Assembly (NCBI GenBank): GCA_963695095.1
Contig: CAVOFT010000001.1
Span: forward strand, 2,144,001-2,208,000
Source: an uncultured bacterium
Lineage (GTDB): Bacteria > Krumholzibacteriota > Krumholzibacteriia > JACNKJ01
Reading direction: 5' to 3'
DNA: 64,000 nucleotides
In this document: piece by piece, positions 35,841 through 44,806 of the stretch
Numbering within the stretch: position 1 is the first letter of the stretch
Layout: the number at the start of each line of letters is the position of its first letter
Notes under the pieces: model-generated
The model's input: only the letters and a program-made list of their open reading frames with translations
Told to the model about the DNA's origin: nothing
The model's database searches: none
Made by a program: the position numbers and the translations under genes

Positions 35841-36631
35841 CAGGTCCCCCCGGCCAGGCGCGCTTCCAGCGCGGCCAGCTGCTCGCGGTCGTTGATGCCG
35901 GCAATCTCGATGGGGTCCTCGCAGCGGCGCGCCGCCACCCGCTCGCCGCGCGCGCGCAGGATGGCCAGGGTGTCCGTGAGGTAGTACTCGCCCTGGTCGT
36001 TCTCGGGCCGCAGGGCGTCCAGGGCCGTGAGCAGCGCCGGCAGCCGGAAGCAGTAGATGCCCGAGTTGATCTCGCCCACGGCGCGCTCGCTCGCGCTCGC
36101 GTCGCGGTGCTCGCGAATGGCCGCCACGTCGCCCGCCCCATCGCGCAGGATGCGCCCGTAGCCCGTGGGATCGGCCAGCTCGGCGGTGAGCACCGTGGCC
36201 GCGGCCTGCCGCTCCCGATGCTCGGCGAGCAGCCCGCTCAGGGTCTCGGCGCGGATGAGCGGCACGTCGCCCGCCAGGACCAGCAGGTCGCCCGTGAGTT
36301 CGGCCAGCTCGGCCCTGGCGACCTGCGCCGCGTGTCCCGTGCCGTGCTGCTCGGCCTGCAGCACGAAGCGCAGGTCGCCCGCATCCTCAGCCGCCATCGC
36401 CTCGCGTACCCGCTCGTGCTGGTATCCCACTACAAGCACGAGAGGCGCCAGCTGCGCTGCGCGTGAAGCCTCGATCACCCAGAGCAGCAGCGGACGGCCT
36501 CGCAGGGTGTGCAGCACCTTGGGCAGGTCGCTCTTCATGCGCGTGCCCTTGCCGGCGGCCAGGATCAGGGCCGCGCAGCCCAGGCCGCCGGCCCCGCGCT
36601 CCGCGGGCGCCTCAAAAAAGCAGGGTTTCAT
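35840..36631 (-). CDS. GlmU N-terminal-only nucleotidyltransferase (UDP-GlcNAc pyrophosphorylase domain)
   Basis: LAAGKGTRMKSDLPKVLH, QHGTGHA, GDVPL, GYGRI, EINSGIY, NDQGEYYLTD; ends before the LbH domain; start uncertain. Confidence 0.88.
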   Translation of the reverse strand: MKPCFFEAPAERGAGGLGCAALILAAGKGTRMKSDLPKVLHTLRGRPLLLWVIEASRAAQLAPLVLVVGYQHERVREAMAAEDAGDLRFVLQAEQHGTGHAAQVARAELAELTGDLLVLAGDVPLIRAETLSGLLAEHRERQAAATVLTAELADPTGYGRILRDGAGDVAAIREHRDASASERAVGEINSGIYCFRLPALLTALDALRPENDQGEYYLTDTLAILRARGERVAARRCEDPIEIAGINDREQLAALEARLAGGT

Positions 36632-37505
36632 GCACCGCCTCCCCATCGATGGCGAAGGTCAAGTTGTCGATCAGGCGCGTGCGGCCGAGCCGCGCCGCGC
36701 AGGCGACGAGCAGGGTACCGGCCGCCGGTACCCGCAGCGGGGGCGCCAGCGTGGCCGGATCGACGACCGCGAAGTACTCGGGGACCAGGCCCGGCGCGGC
36801 GGCCAGCCGGGCCAGCCCGCCCGCGGCCAGCCGCTGCGCATCGCGCTCGCCGGCGCGCAGGGCTTCGCCGGCCGCTGTGAGGGCCGCGAACAAGGCACTC
36901 GCCTGGGTCCGCTCCGCCGGCGCGAGATAGCGGTTGCGGCTGCTCATCGCCAGGCCGTCCGCCTCGCGCCGCGTGGGCGCCAGACGCAGGGCGAGCGGGA
37001 AGTGCAGGTTCTCGACGAGGCGCCGGACGATGAGCGCCTGCTGGGCGTCCTTCTGGCCGAAGACCGCCTCGTCCGGCTGCGCGAGATTGAAGAGCCGGAC
37101 CAGCACGTTGGTGACGCCGTCGAAGTGCCCCGGCCGGCTGGCGCCGCAGAGCGCGTCCAGGCCCCAGCCCACGCTCACCGTCGTCCTGTCGCCGGGCGGA
37201 TAGACGGTCTCGGCCGCCGGGGCGAAGCAGGCCACGGCGCCCAGGCTCGCCAGGAGGGCGAGGTCCGCATCGAGATCGCGCGGATAGGCGGCGAAATCCT
37301 CCTGCGGGCCGAACTGGGCGGGATTGACGAAGATCGAGACCAGCAGGCGATCGTTGTGCGCGAGGGCCAGCCGCGCGAGATCCAGGTGCCCTTCGTGCAA
37401 GCCGCCCATCGTGGGCACGAAGCCGAGGCGATGCCCGTTGGCGCTGAGGACGCGCCGCCAGGCACGCAGCTCGGCAGGGCTGCGCAGGAGCAGCGGCCGG
37501 CTCAC
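36612..37505 (-). CDS. panC: Pantoate--beta-alanine ligase
   Basis: PTMGGLHEGH, SIFVNPAQF, RPGHFDGV, FGQKDAQQ, LAMSSRN, RLIDN. Confidence 0.97.
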   Translation of the reverse strand: MSRPLLLRSPAELRAWRRVLSANGHRLGFVPTMGGLHEGHLDLARLALAHNDRLLVSIFVNPAQFGPQEDFAAYPRDLDADLALLASLGAVACFAPAAETVYPPGDRTTVSVGWGLDALCGASRPGHFDGVTNVLVRLFNLAQPDEAVFGQKDAQQALIVRRLVENLHFPLALRLAPTRREADGLAMSSRNRYLAPAERTQASALFAALTAAGEALRAGERDAQRLAAGGLARLAAAPGLVPEYFAVVDPATLAPPLRVPAAGTLLVACAARLGRTRLIDNLTFAIDGEAVHETLLF

Positions 37506-38347
37506 TGGCCGCCCCCGCCTTCGCGGCCCTTGGCCGGCGGCGTGGCCTCGAAGCGGTGCTCAGGACCGGGGAAGCGGCCCGCGCGCACGTCGGCGGCGTA
37601 GGCGCCGACGGCGGCGCGCAGCGCATTCTCGATCTCCGCGTAGCGCTTGACGAAGCTGAGCCCGCCCTCGCCATAGCCCAGCAGGTCGTGGAGGACGAGG
37701 ATCTGTCCGTCGCAGTGCTCGCCGGCGCCGATGCCGATGGTCGGCACGGCGACGGCCGCGCTCAGCTCGCGGGCCAGGGTCCAGGGAATGCCCTCGAGCA
37801 CGATCGCGAAGACGCCCGCCGCGGCGAGCGCGCGCGCTTCCTCGATGAGGCGCGCAGCGGCCGCCGGCTCGCGGCCCTGGACACGGTAGCCGCCCAGGGC
37901 GAGATGGCTCTGCGGCGTCAGGCCGAGATGGCCCATCACCGGAATGCCGGCGGCGAGGATGGCCTCGATGGCCGGCAGGGTGCGCAGGCCGCCCTCGAGC
38001 TTGACGCCCCCCGCGCCCGCCTCCTTCACGAAGCGGCCGGCGTTCTCCAGCGCCTGGGCCGCGCTCACCTGGTAGCTCATGAAGGGCATGTCGGCGACGA
38101 CCATGGCCCGCTCGGCGCCGCGGGCCACGGCCGCGGTGAGCACGAGCATCTCGGTCATCGTGACGGGCAGGGTGGACTCGTAACCGAGCACGACGTTCGC
38201 CGCGCTGTCGCCGACGAGCACGATGTCGACGCCGCAGGCATCGAGGATACGGGCGCTGGGGTGGTCGTAGGCGGTGAGGGCGACGATCCGCTCGCCCTTC
38301 GCCTTCATGGCCGCGAGCTGCCGCGGACCGATGCGCTTGGTGGCCAT
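37502..38347 (-). CDS. panB: 3-methyl-2-oxobutanoate hydroxymethyltransferase
   Basis: LTAYD, LVGDS, DMPFMSY, KLEGG, GHLGLTPQS, IGIGAG. Confidence 0.98.
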   Translation of the reverse strand: MATKRIGPRQLAAMKAKGERIVALTAYDHPSARILDACGVDIVLVGDSAANVVLGYESTLPVTMTEMLVLTAAVARGAERAMVVADMPFMSYQVSAAQALENAGRFVKEAGAGGVKLEGGLRTLPAIEAILAAGIPVMGHLGLTPQSHLALGGYRVQGREPAAAARLIEEARALAAAGVFAIVLEGIPWTLARELSAAVAVPTIGIGAGEHCDGQILVLHDLLGYGEGGLSFVKRYAEIENALRAAVGAYAADVRAGRFPGPEHRFEATPPAKGREGGGGQ

Positions 38348-39015
38348 CAGCGCTCCCAGTTGGGCACGTAGTAGAGCGTGCCCTCGAAGGGGGTGAGGAC
38401 GCGCCGCACGAGGTCTTCGAAGTGCTCCGGATGGGCCACGAAGTTGACGTGGTCCGTGTTCACCACGAGCAGCGGCGACTCGCGGTAGTGGAAGAAGTAG
38501 TGGTTGTAGGCCTCCGCCAGCGTGCTCAGATAGCGCGGCTCGATGTCCTTCTCCATCCGCCGTCCGCGGCGAGCGATGCGCTCGAGCAGGCTCTCCACCG
38601 AGGCCTGCAGGTAGATGACCAGCTCGGGCTGCGGCACGCGATGCGCGAGCACGCCCGCCACCTGCTTGTAGAGGGCCAGCTCCTCGTCGCTGAGCGTGAT
38701 GTTGGCGAAGATGAGGTCCTTGGCGAAGTGGTAGTCCCCCACCACGCGGCGCTGGAAGAGCTCGCCCTGCAGCAGCTCCTGTTGCTGGCGGAAGCGCGAG
38801 AGCAGGAAGAACATCTGGGTCTGGAAGGCGTAGCGCGCCGGATCCGCGTAGAAGCCGGCCAGGAAGGGGTTCTCCTCCACGGCCTCGAGATTGAGACGCG
38901 CGTCGAAGCGCTCGGCGAGCAGGCGGGCGAGGCTGGTCTTGCCCACGCCGATCACGCCCTCGACGACGAGGTAGCCGGGCAGTTGGCCTCTAGTGGCCGT
39001 CGGACGCATGCCCAT
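38347..39015 (-). CDS. Deoxynucleoside kinase
   Basis: VEGVIGVGKTSL, NPFL..FY, AFQTQMFFLLSR, RIARRGR. Confidence 0.93.
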   Translation of the reverse strand: MGMRPTATRGQLPGYLVVEGVIGVGKTSLARLLAERFDARLNLEAVEENPFLAGFYADPARYAFQTQMFFLLSRFRQQQELLQGELFQRRVVGDYHFAKDLIFANITLSDEELALYKQVAGVLAHRVPQPELVIYLQASVESLLERIARRGRRMEKDIEPRYLSTLAEAYNHYFFHYRESPLLVVNTDHVNFVAHPEHFEDLVRRVLTPFEGTLYYVPNWER

Positions 39016-39544
39016 CGTCAAGGCGCCACCACCCTTCTCGCGCCGCGGCGCCGGGAGGGTCGAGCCGCCGCAGCGCCTGCTCTTCGCCGAGCGCGGCCAG
39101 CATCTCGTCCACGCGGCGGCCATCGCCCGGATGCACCCAGTCGGGCCGGAGTTCGGCGAGCGGGGCGAGCACGAAGCGCCGCCGCGGCAGGCCCGGATGC
39201 GGCAGCGTGAGACCCGGCCCGCTCAGCTGCAGGCGGTCGTAGTAGAGCAGATCGATGTCCAGGACGCGCGGGCGGCGAGGTCCCCCCGCAGGGCGGCCGG
39301 CAGCGCGCTCGAGGGACCGGCAGCCGGCGAGCAGGCGCGCGGGACTGAGCGCGCAGTCCCCCACCGCGCACAGGTTGAGAAACGCGGGTTGCGGCTCGCC
39401 CACCTCGACCGGCGCCGACTCGTAGAGGCTGCTCACGCGCAGGCCCGTCAGAAGATCGGCCTCGATCCCGCGCAGCGCCGCCGCGAGCTGGCGCCGCCGA
39501 TCACCCAGGTTGCTGCCGAGGGAAAGGGCCACTGCGCCGCTCAC
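38990..39544 (-). CDS. folK: 2-amino-4-hydroxy-6-hydroxymethyldihydropteridine pyrophosphokinase
   Basis: LSLGSNLGD, SSLYES, PRVLDIDLL, LPHP, RRFVLAPL. Confidence 0.95.
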   Translation of the reverse strand: MSGAVALSLGSNLGDRRRQLAAALRGIEADLLTGLRVSSLYESAPVEVGEPQPAFLNLCAVGDCALSPARLLAGCRSLERAAGRPAGGPRRPRVLDIDLLYYDRLQLSGPGLTLPHPGLPRRRFVLAPLAELRPDWVHPGDGRRVDEMLAALGEEQALRRLDPPGAAAREGWWRLDDGHASDGH

Positions 39545-39930
39545 GCCGGCCGCTCCCGCCGCTCCCGATGGAGGCGCACCTCGACCTCGCGGCAGGTGTT
39601 GGGAAAGGGGAGGTTCATCTTGCGCAGGGAGACGCCCACGCCGCCCAGGCGCGGGAAACGGGCGAGGAGGCCGTCGATCACCGTCTGCGCGAGATGCTCC
39701 AGCAGGCGGCAGCGCGTGCCGCCGGCGAGCTGCTGCGCGGCGACGTAGATCTCCTCGTAGCTCACCGTGTGGGTGAGCGAGTCGGTCTCGGCCGCCTGAC
39801 TGAGGTCGATGCTGAGATCCAGGTCCATGAGCAGGCGCTGGCCGATCTGGCGCTCGGGGTCCGAGGCGCCGTAGTAGCCGTAGACGATGATGTCGCGCAG
39901 GCGAATGCTGTCCATGAAAGTCCTTGGCAT
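39541..39930 (-). CDS. folB: Dihydroneopterin aldolase
   Basis: YGYYGASDPERQIGQ, TDSLTHTVSY, LLEHLA; upstream of folK. Confidence 0.93.
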   Translation of the reverse strand: MPRTFMDSIRLRDIIVYGYYGASDPERQIGQRLLMDLDLSIDLSQAAETDSLTHTVSYEEIYVAAQQLAGGTRCRLLEHLAQTVIDGLLARFPRLGGVGVSLRKMNLPFPNTCREVEVRLHRERRERPA

Positions 39931-39984
39931 GGAATCAGTTGCAGGTGAACGCCGGTCCCGGCAGGCGCGTCGCGACGCGGGCAG

Positions 39985-40013
39985 AGACTACGGGCAGCGC
40001 CGCGGGCTGTCAA
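39985..40013 (-). promoter_or_regulatory. sigma70-type promoter for folB-folK-dNK-panBC operon
   Basis: TTGACA-17 bp-TAGTCT. Confidence 0.7.
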
Positions 40014-40083
40014 GGCGGGGAAGTGACGGGCCGGCAAGGCCCCCGCGCCGACCCGCCCGCCGCACAGGAGCCATGTCCCCGGG

Positions 40084-40599
40084 CTACTCGCTCGCGACGC
40101 GCAGGTAGCGGCGCGGCTTGGCGGTCGCGTTGCCGAAGCCCCGCAGGGTGTCCTGCGCCACGCGGGCAAGGAGGCTGCTCCTCGCCGTGCCGCCTGCCGT
40201 GGGCGAGCAGCCCTCGGGCAGGGGCCCGCTCACCCAGATCGCGAAGCCCTCGTCCGCAAGCTGCCAGTCGCTGCGCGTAAGCGGCGGCGTACCTTCGGCC
40301 GCGAGCGCGCCATAGCCGAGGCAGATGCCCGTCACACGCACGGTCAGGCCGACCAGGCTCGAGTCCGCGAGGATTTCCCGCACGCTGGCCGTACGAAGTG
40401 CGGTGTGTTCGACCAGCCCGGGCGCGGGTGCTGCGACGCTTGCCGGAGCCTTCACCTCGATCGGCGCCGCCGGCGCCGGCGCGGCCAAGGCAGTGTCACC
40501 GGTCGCGAGTTCGCCGTGCTCCCTCTCCGCGGCAGGCTCGTCCTTGCAGGACAGGCCGGCGACGGCGCAGGCCGCCGCCAGCACGATCAGCGCGCGCAT
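40084..40599 (-). CDS. Hypothetical lipoprotein (possible OB-fold)
   Basis: Lipobox AGLSC; SVREILAD..LVGLTVRVTG; TGATG coupling with the clostripain stop. Confidence 0.7.
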   Translation of the reverse strand: MRALIVLAAACAVAGLSCKDEPAAEREHGELATGDTALAAPAPAAPIEVKAPASVAAPAPGLVEHTALRTASVREILADSSLVGLTVRVTGICLGYGALAAEGTPPLTRSDWQLADEGFAIWVSGPLPEGCSPTAGGTARSSLLARVAQDTLRGFGNATAKPRRYLRVASE

Positions 40600-42884
40600 C
40601 AGTGCCCCCTCCCGTTCAGCATCGCACGCAGGCCCGCCATGTCGGCTTGCCGCGGCGCTTCCCAGCCGAGATCCCGGTGCTCCTTCACGATCGCCCGCGC
40701 CCTGGCCAACTGCAGCGCCGTTGGGCGCGCCAAGGGCCCGGCCGGAGCGGCCGCGGACGACTCGGGCCGCGCCGCTATCAGCTCCCGCGGGGCGCGCCGT
40801 GGACTCACGTTCATGCTGGCCGCCCACTGCAGGTCGCTGTAGGCGCCGGCGTCCACCTCCTCCCAGGTCGGCGTGGGATCATCCTCCCATGAGAAGTCCC
40901 GCGTGAGTACCGGAAAGTTCGGCGCGTAGAGCGAGTGCAAGTCGTCGGTCTGATCGGCGCGCCAGAGAATGTCGTACTCCGGCCCGAAGTCGAAGGGGTC
41001 CGTGTAGAGATTCGCGTAGAAGCGGTACTCGCCCGGCTGGATGTAGCGGTTCGTGAAGTAGCCCTCGAAGGCCACCTGGTCGGTGTAGGAATCGGCAGTG
41101 AAGTGCCCGTTCGGTGTCACGCTGCCAAGGTAGGGAATGTAGAGCTCGCCGTCGGGCTCGATCACCCACAGATCGATATCCGCGTTCTGGTTGATGGCAG
41201 CGGGATCCCAGGCCAGATAGACCTCCACCCGCTGATCGCCCTGATCGACGTAGTCCAAGGGCAGCTGGCCGCTATCGTTCAGCCAGGCGGCGAGGAACGC
41301 TGACCAGGCCGCGCCGGGCAGCAGAGCAGAATAAGCCGCGAAGCTGCGCGGTCCCTCGTCGGCGAACTGGTCACCTCCGCTGCCGGCCGGCAAGACGACG
41401 CTGAGGCCATGCGAGTCGCCGACCTCGCTGGCGTCGGCTTCCGTGCCGGTGCGGGCGTGATTGCGCAGTCGGAAGGTACCTGTGACCTGGCTGCGCAGCG
41501 CGGCAATCTGGCTCTGGATCGTCGCGTCCGCGATCATGGGGGCCAGCGTATCGAGAAAGTCGACCAGGTCCTTGATCTCGAGCATCGCGTAGGCCTGTGT
41601 CTGGGGAATCGCGGCGCCGAGCGCGCCGCCGAGGTCGCCGATGCCGGCCGTGAGGCTCGTCGCCAGCGCGTCCAGCGCCGCCGCGAAGGCAGCGTAGCCC
41701 GCCATGTCGAAGGCGGAGATCGTGGTCGATGCGCGATCACCGTTATAGGCGGCGTGGAACTCGTCGGCGATCACCGCCGCCGCCGCGGCCGGGCCCATGG
41801 CGCTGTTCGCCTGCATGGCGGCAAGGATCTCGGTGTAGGGATTCCCGTCCCCGGGCACCACCTCCTCGGAGAAGACCACGTAGTCCGCGTAGCCCGGCAG
41901 CAGCGCCAGCGTCTCGTAGGCGCCCATCAGGCACATGTCGAAGTCGAGGATGTCCACCCCACCCGCAGCCGCCAGCGCCCCGGGGAGATCGCCTAGCGCC
42001 ATCAGATCCGTTGCCGAACTCTGATCCTCGATGAGGCCGACATAGCCCCCGCCGTGATTCCAGAGGACGAGACAGTAGTGCTCCGCCGGGTACTCGTCCT
42101 TCGCCCAGTTGACGAACTCAGCCAGCTGCGCCGGATCGGTCATGTCCCGATTGCCGATGTCCGTGGCGTCGCCATTGGGCCCGTAGCTCTCTGAACCCTC
42201 CCCCCTGTAGGCGTAGCGGAAGGTGTTCCAGTTCGGACGGTTGAAGCAGCTCGGGTCGCCGCAACCCGCCTGCGCCAGCGCGGTGGGACTGAACTCCGCC
42301 TGCACGAGCACCTGCACGTCCGCATCGAAGCCCGCCGCCTCCATCTCGTCGATGTCGAGAATGCCAGCCACGGCCAGGGTGTTGTCCGCGGCCATGTACA
42401 CCATGACGGTCCACCGCCGCAGACGCGCGGTGGCGGTCAGCGTCGTGCTCAATTCGGGATGGCCGACCACCGTCGCCGTCAGCGTGTTCGTTCCCTGGTC
42501 CAGGCCCAGGATCCACTGGCCCGGTGAGGCAATGCCGCTGGTGTTCGTGCCCTGCTGGGCGCTCGCAATCGCGCCACCGCCGCCAGCAACCGCGAAGCTG
42601 ACCTGGATACCCGGCACCGGATCTCCCTCCGCGTCGGTGACCCGGAAGGCGGGGTTGATGGCCAGGGCGCCGCCCGTGGGCGCGCTCTGGCCGGCGCCGG
42701 CCTGCACGGCGATCGCTGCCGGTGTCGTGCCAGGCGTCTGTGTTCCGGTCGGGCTCGAATCGCCCGAGCAGCCGCTGAGAGCTGCAATCGCGAATAGCAC
42801 CGGCGGCAGGACGAGCGCGGCCAGTCGGGAGGGCAAAGCTGCGGCGCAGATCGCCGACGCGCTCCGGACACGGAATACAGCCAT
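40599..42884 (-). CDS. Clostripain (C11)-family cysteine peptidase lipoprotein with N-terminal Ig-like and C-terminal YfaP-like domains
   Basis: Lipobox LSGC; WTVMVYMAADN, YPAEHYCLVLWNHGGG, FDMCLMG; ADIDLWVIEPDG. Confidence 0.9.
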   Translation of the reverse strand: MAVFRVRSASAICAAALPSRLAALVLPPVLFAIAALSGCSGDSSPTGTQTPGTTPAAIAVQAGAGQSAPTGGALAINPAFRVTDAEGDPVPGIQVSFAVAGGGGAIASAQQGTNTSGIASPGQWILGLDQGTNTLTATVVGHPELSTTLTATARLRRWTVMVYMAADNTLAVAGILDIDEMEAAGFDADVQVLVQAEFSPTALAQAGCGDPSCFNRPNWNTFRYAYRGEGSESYGPNGDATDIGNRDMTDPAQLAEFVNWAKDEYPAEHYCLVLWNHGGGYVGLIEDQSSATDLMALGDLPGALAAAGGVDILDFDMCLMGAYETLALLPGYADYVVFSEEVVPGDGNPYTEILAAMQANSAMGPAAAAAVIADEFHAAYNGDRASTTISAFDMAGYAAFAAALDALATSLTAGIGDLGGALGAAIPQTQAYAMLEIKDLVDFLDTLAPMIADATIQSQIAALRSQVTGTFRLRNHARTGTEADASEVGDSHGLSVVLPAGSGGDQFADEGPRSFAAYSALLPGAAWSAFLAAWLNDSGQLPLDYVDQGDQRVEVYLAWDPAAINQNADIDLWVIEPDGELYIPYLGSVTPNGHFTADSYTDQVAFEGYFTNRYIQPGEYRFYANLYTDPFDFGPEYDILWRADQTDDLHSLYAPNFPVLTRDFSWEDDPTPTWEEVDAGAYSDLQWAASMNVSPRRAPRELIAARPESSAAAPAGPLARPTALQLARARAIVKEHRDLGWEAPRQADMAGLRAMLNGRGH

Positions 42885-42975
42885 TGGCGGCAACCCCTTT
42901 CATCGCGGAAATGGGGCGCACCGCCAGCGTTTGGCCGTGCCCCGCGCGGCATTGGGAGCGAGCCGAGCGCGCGCG

Positions 42976-43004
42976 ATCCTAGTGGAGACCTCGCTGCATT
43001 TCAA
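42976..43004 (-). promoter_or_regulatory. sigma70-type promoter for clostripain gene
   Basis: TTGAAA-17 bp-TAGGAT. Confidence 0.6.
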
Positions 43005-43037
43005 CTGATCAAATCAAGGGTAGCCGCAGTTCTGGAT

Positions 43038-43058
43038 TTCCAAGACAGCTATTTGGAA
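43038..43058. promoter_or_regulatory. Candidate operator TTCCAA-N9-TTGGAA in AT-rich patch upstream of the clostripain promoter
   Basis: Inverted repeat in a locally AT-rich stretch. Confidence 0.4.
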
Positions 43059-43075
43059 TTCATCTACGATGCGGC

Positions 43076-44737
43076 TCAGCGGCCGCGCAGGCGCAGGGCC
43101 GGCGGCGGCAGCATCCCCTGGCGGGCCGGCTGCCCGGCGGCGGCCGGCTGCCAGTAGCGCCCGGCCGCGCTCGCCGCCTTGGCGGCCTCGGGGACCAGCG
43201 GGTGCTGCGCGGCCCAGGCGTCCTGGCGCGCGCCCGTCACCTGCCAGCAGACCTTCAGGCCCGGCCTGCCGCCGGCGATCCGGAAGCGGCCGTCGGCGAT
43301 CTCGCTGGCCACGTAGACCGGTGCATGGCCGCCCACGCAGGTGAGCTGGTAGCGGAAGTCGCCGCTCAGCGCCGTCGTCCAGGCGGGCAGTTCCACCCAG
43401 GCGCTGCCCGTCGCATCGAGCAGGACGCTGCCGTCGTAGACGCTCTTCATCTCGTCGCTCTGGACGAGCGCCTGCGTGAGCGTCATCGTCGCCGGCGCCA
43501 GCGGATGGTCGATGCGCGTGGCCAGACCGGCCGAGTAGACGTAGCCGTCCACCTGGATGTCGCCCAGGAAGTAGCCGGCGTAGTTGGCCGTGCCGCCGTC
43601 CGCGTAGCCCAGGATGCCGACGTTGACCTCGGGACCCTGGGCGTCGCCCGTGGCGCCATAGGCGAAGCCGCCCGCGCCGCTGGTGGCCTGGCCGTAGGCG
43701 CCGTAGTACTCGCCGTTGCTCGCGCCCTCGCTGAGCGCCCAGGCGCCCACGTACCCGCCCAGGAACTGCCCACCCACGCCGTAGGCCTCGCTGGGCACGG
43801 CGATGCCCTCGACGCCGATGTAGTCGATCTGCCCCGTGGCGGTCACCTCGCCGAGGATGGCGTCCCCCGCTGCCGCACTGGCGACGAAGAGGCGGTCCGG
43901 GCTCGCGGTACCGAGGCCGATCGCGCTGCCGCTCTGGAACAGGGCCGAGTTGCCCAGGGCCGTCGCGCCCGTGAAGCGCGGCAGGTAGTTCAGCGTGCCG
44001 CTGCCCGTCAGGCCCCCGCCGGCGCCGCTCGCCGCGATGGTGATCGTGTTCGCCGCATCGTCGGCGGTGATCGTCACGTTCGCGCCGGCGACGAGATCGA
44101 TGTTGCCGCCGTCGTTCGTCACGCCATCGAGGCTGGACACGATGGCGGGCCCGATGTCGGCGGCGCTCACCGCGCCGTCGGCGATGGCCGCCGAGGTGAC
44201 GGCGCCCGCCGCCAGCTTGGCCGCGCTGACCGCGCCGTCGGCGAGCTTGGCCGCGCTCACGGCGCTGTCGGCAAGCTTGGCCGTCGTCACGGCGCCATCC
44301 TGGATGGCCGCCGTGTCCACGGCGCCCGGGCCGAGCCCACCCGTGGACAGGGCCACGTCGGCAGTGGCGGCGTGGAAGGCATAGGCGGTGGTGCCGAGCG
44401 GGATGGCCGCCAGTTCCTCGCCGCCGACCGTGAGCACGAGGGCGCGCTCGCCGCCGGCGATGAAGGCGCCGGCCGGCATCGGCGCCTGGCCGCCGCCGTC
44501 GTTAGCGCCCAGCATCAGGCTGATCACGCCGTCCACCGGCGTCACCACGTAGATGGCGCTCCAGAGCGTGGCGCCCAGGCCGTCGCGCAGGCTGAAGGTG
44601 ACCGGCGTGCCGGCGGCGATCGGCTCGCCCGCCGCATCGGTGAGGATGCCCTGGAAGGGCATCGTGCTCGGCGTGGTCGCCGCCGCGGGCAGGGCCGTCA
44701 GCAGGAGGCCGAGGGCAACGAGGATGCGCGCGTTCAT
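43076..44737 (-). CDS. Secreted fibre/tail-fibre-like protein with decapeptide and Gly-rich repeats
   Basis: Signal peptide, PSTMPFQGILTDAAG N-domain, AYAFHA linker, GAV..AKLAD repeats, G.x.G.A repeats, C-terminal IDHPL...FRYQLT...V.WQVTG domain; GGAGG RBS. Confidence 0.8.
   Translation of the reverse strand: MNARILVALGLLLTALPAAATTPSTMPFQGILTDAAGEPIAAGTPVTFSLRDGLGATLWSAIYVVTPVDGVISLMLGANDGGGQAPMPAGAFIAGGERALVLTVGGEELAAIPLGTTAYAFHAATADVALSTGGLGPGAVDTAAIQDGAVTTAKLADSAVSAAKLADGAVSAAKLAAGAVTSAAIADGAVSAADIGPAIVSSLDGVTNDGGNIDLVAGANVTITADDAANTITIAASGAGGGLTGSGTLNYLPRFTGATALGNSALFQSGSAIGLGTASPDRLFVASAAAGDAILGEVTATGQIDYIGVEGIAVPSEAYGVGGQFLGGYVGAWALSEGASNGEYYGAYGQATSGAGGFAYGATGDAQGPEVNVGILGYADGGTANYAGYFLGDIQVDGYVYSAGLATRIDHPLAPATMTLTQALVQSDEMKSVYDGSVLLDATGSAWVELPAWTTALSGDFRYQLTCVGGHAPVYVASEIADGRFRIAGGRPGLKVCWQVTGARQDAWAAQHPLVPEAAKAASAAGRYWQPAAAGQPARQGMLPPPALRLRGR
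44147..44326 (-). repeat. Six imperfect 30-bp (10-aa) tandem repeats within the fibre-like gene
   Basis: GAVDTAAIQD GAVTTAKLAD SAVSAAKLAD GAVSAAKLAA GAVTSAAIAD GAVSAADIGP. Confidence 0.85.
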
Positions 44738-44806
44738 CAGTACCTCCGCGGCCGGCTGAGTCGCCGGTCCGAGACATCGCGCGCCCGCGGCGCGCGGGGA
44801 TGCGGA

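Noticed and set aside
44147..44326. 30-bp tandem repeats as a CRISPR array
   Set aside because: Degenerate in-frame coding repeats with no spacers and no cas genes.
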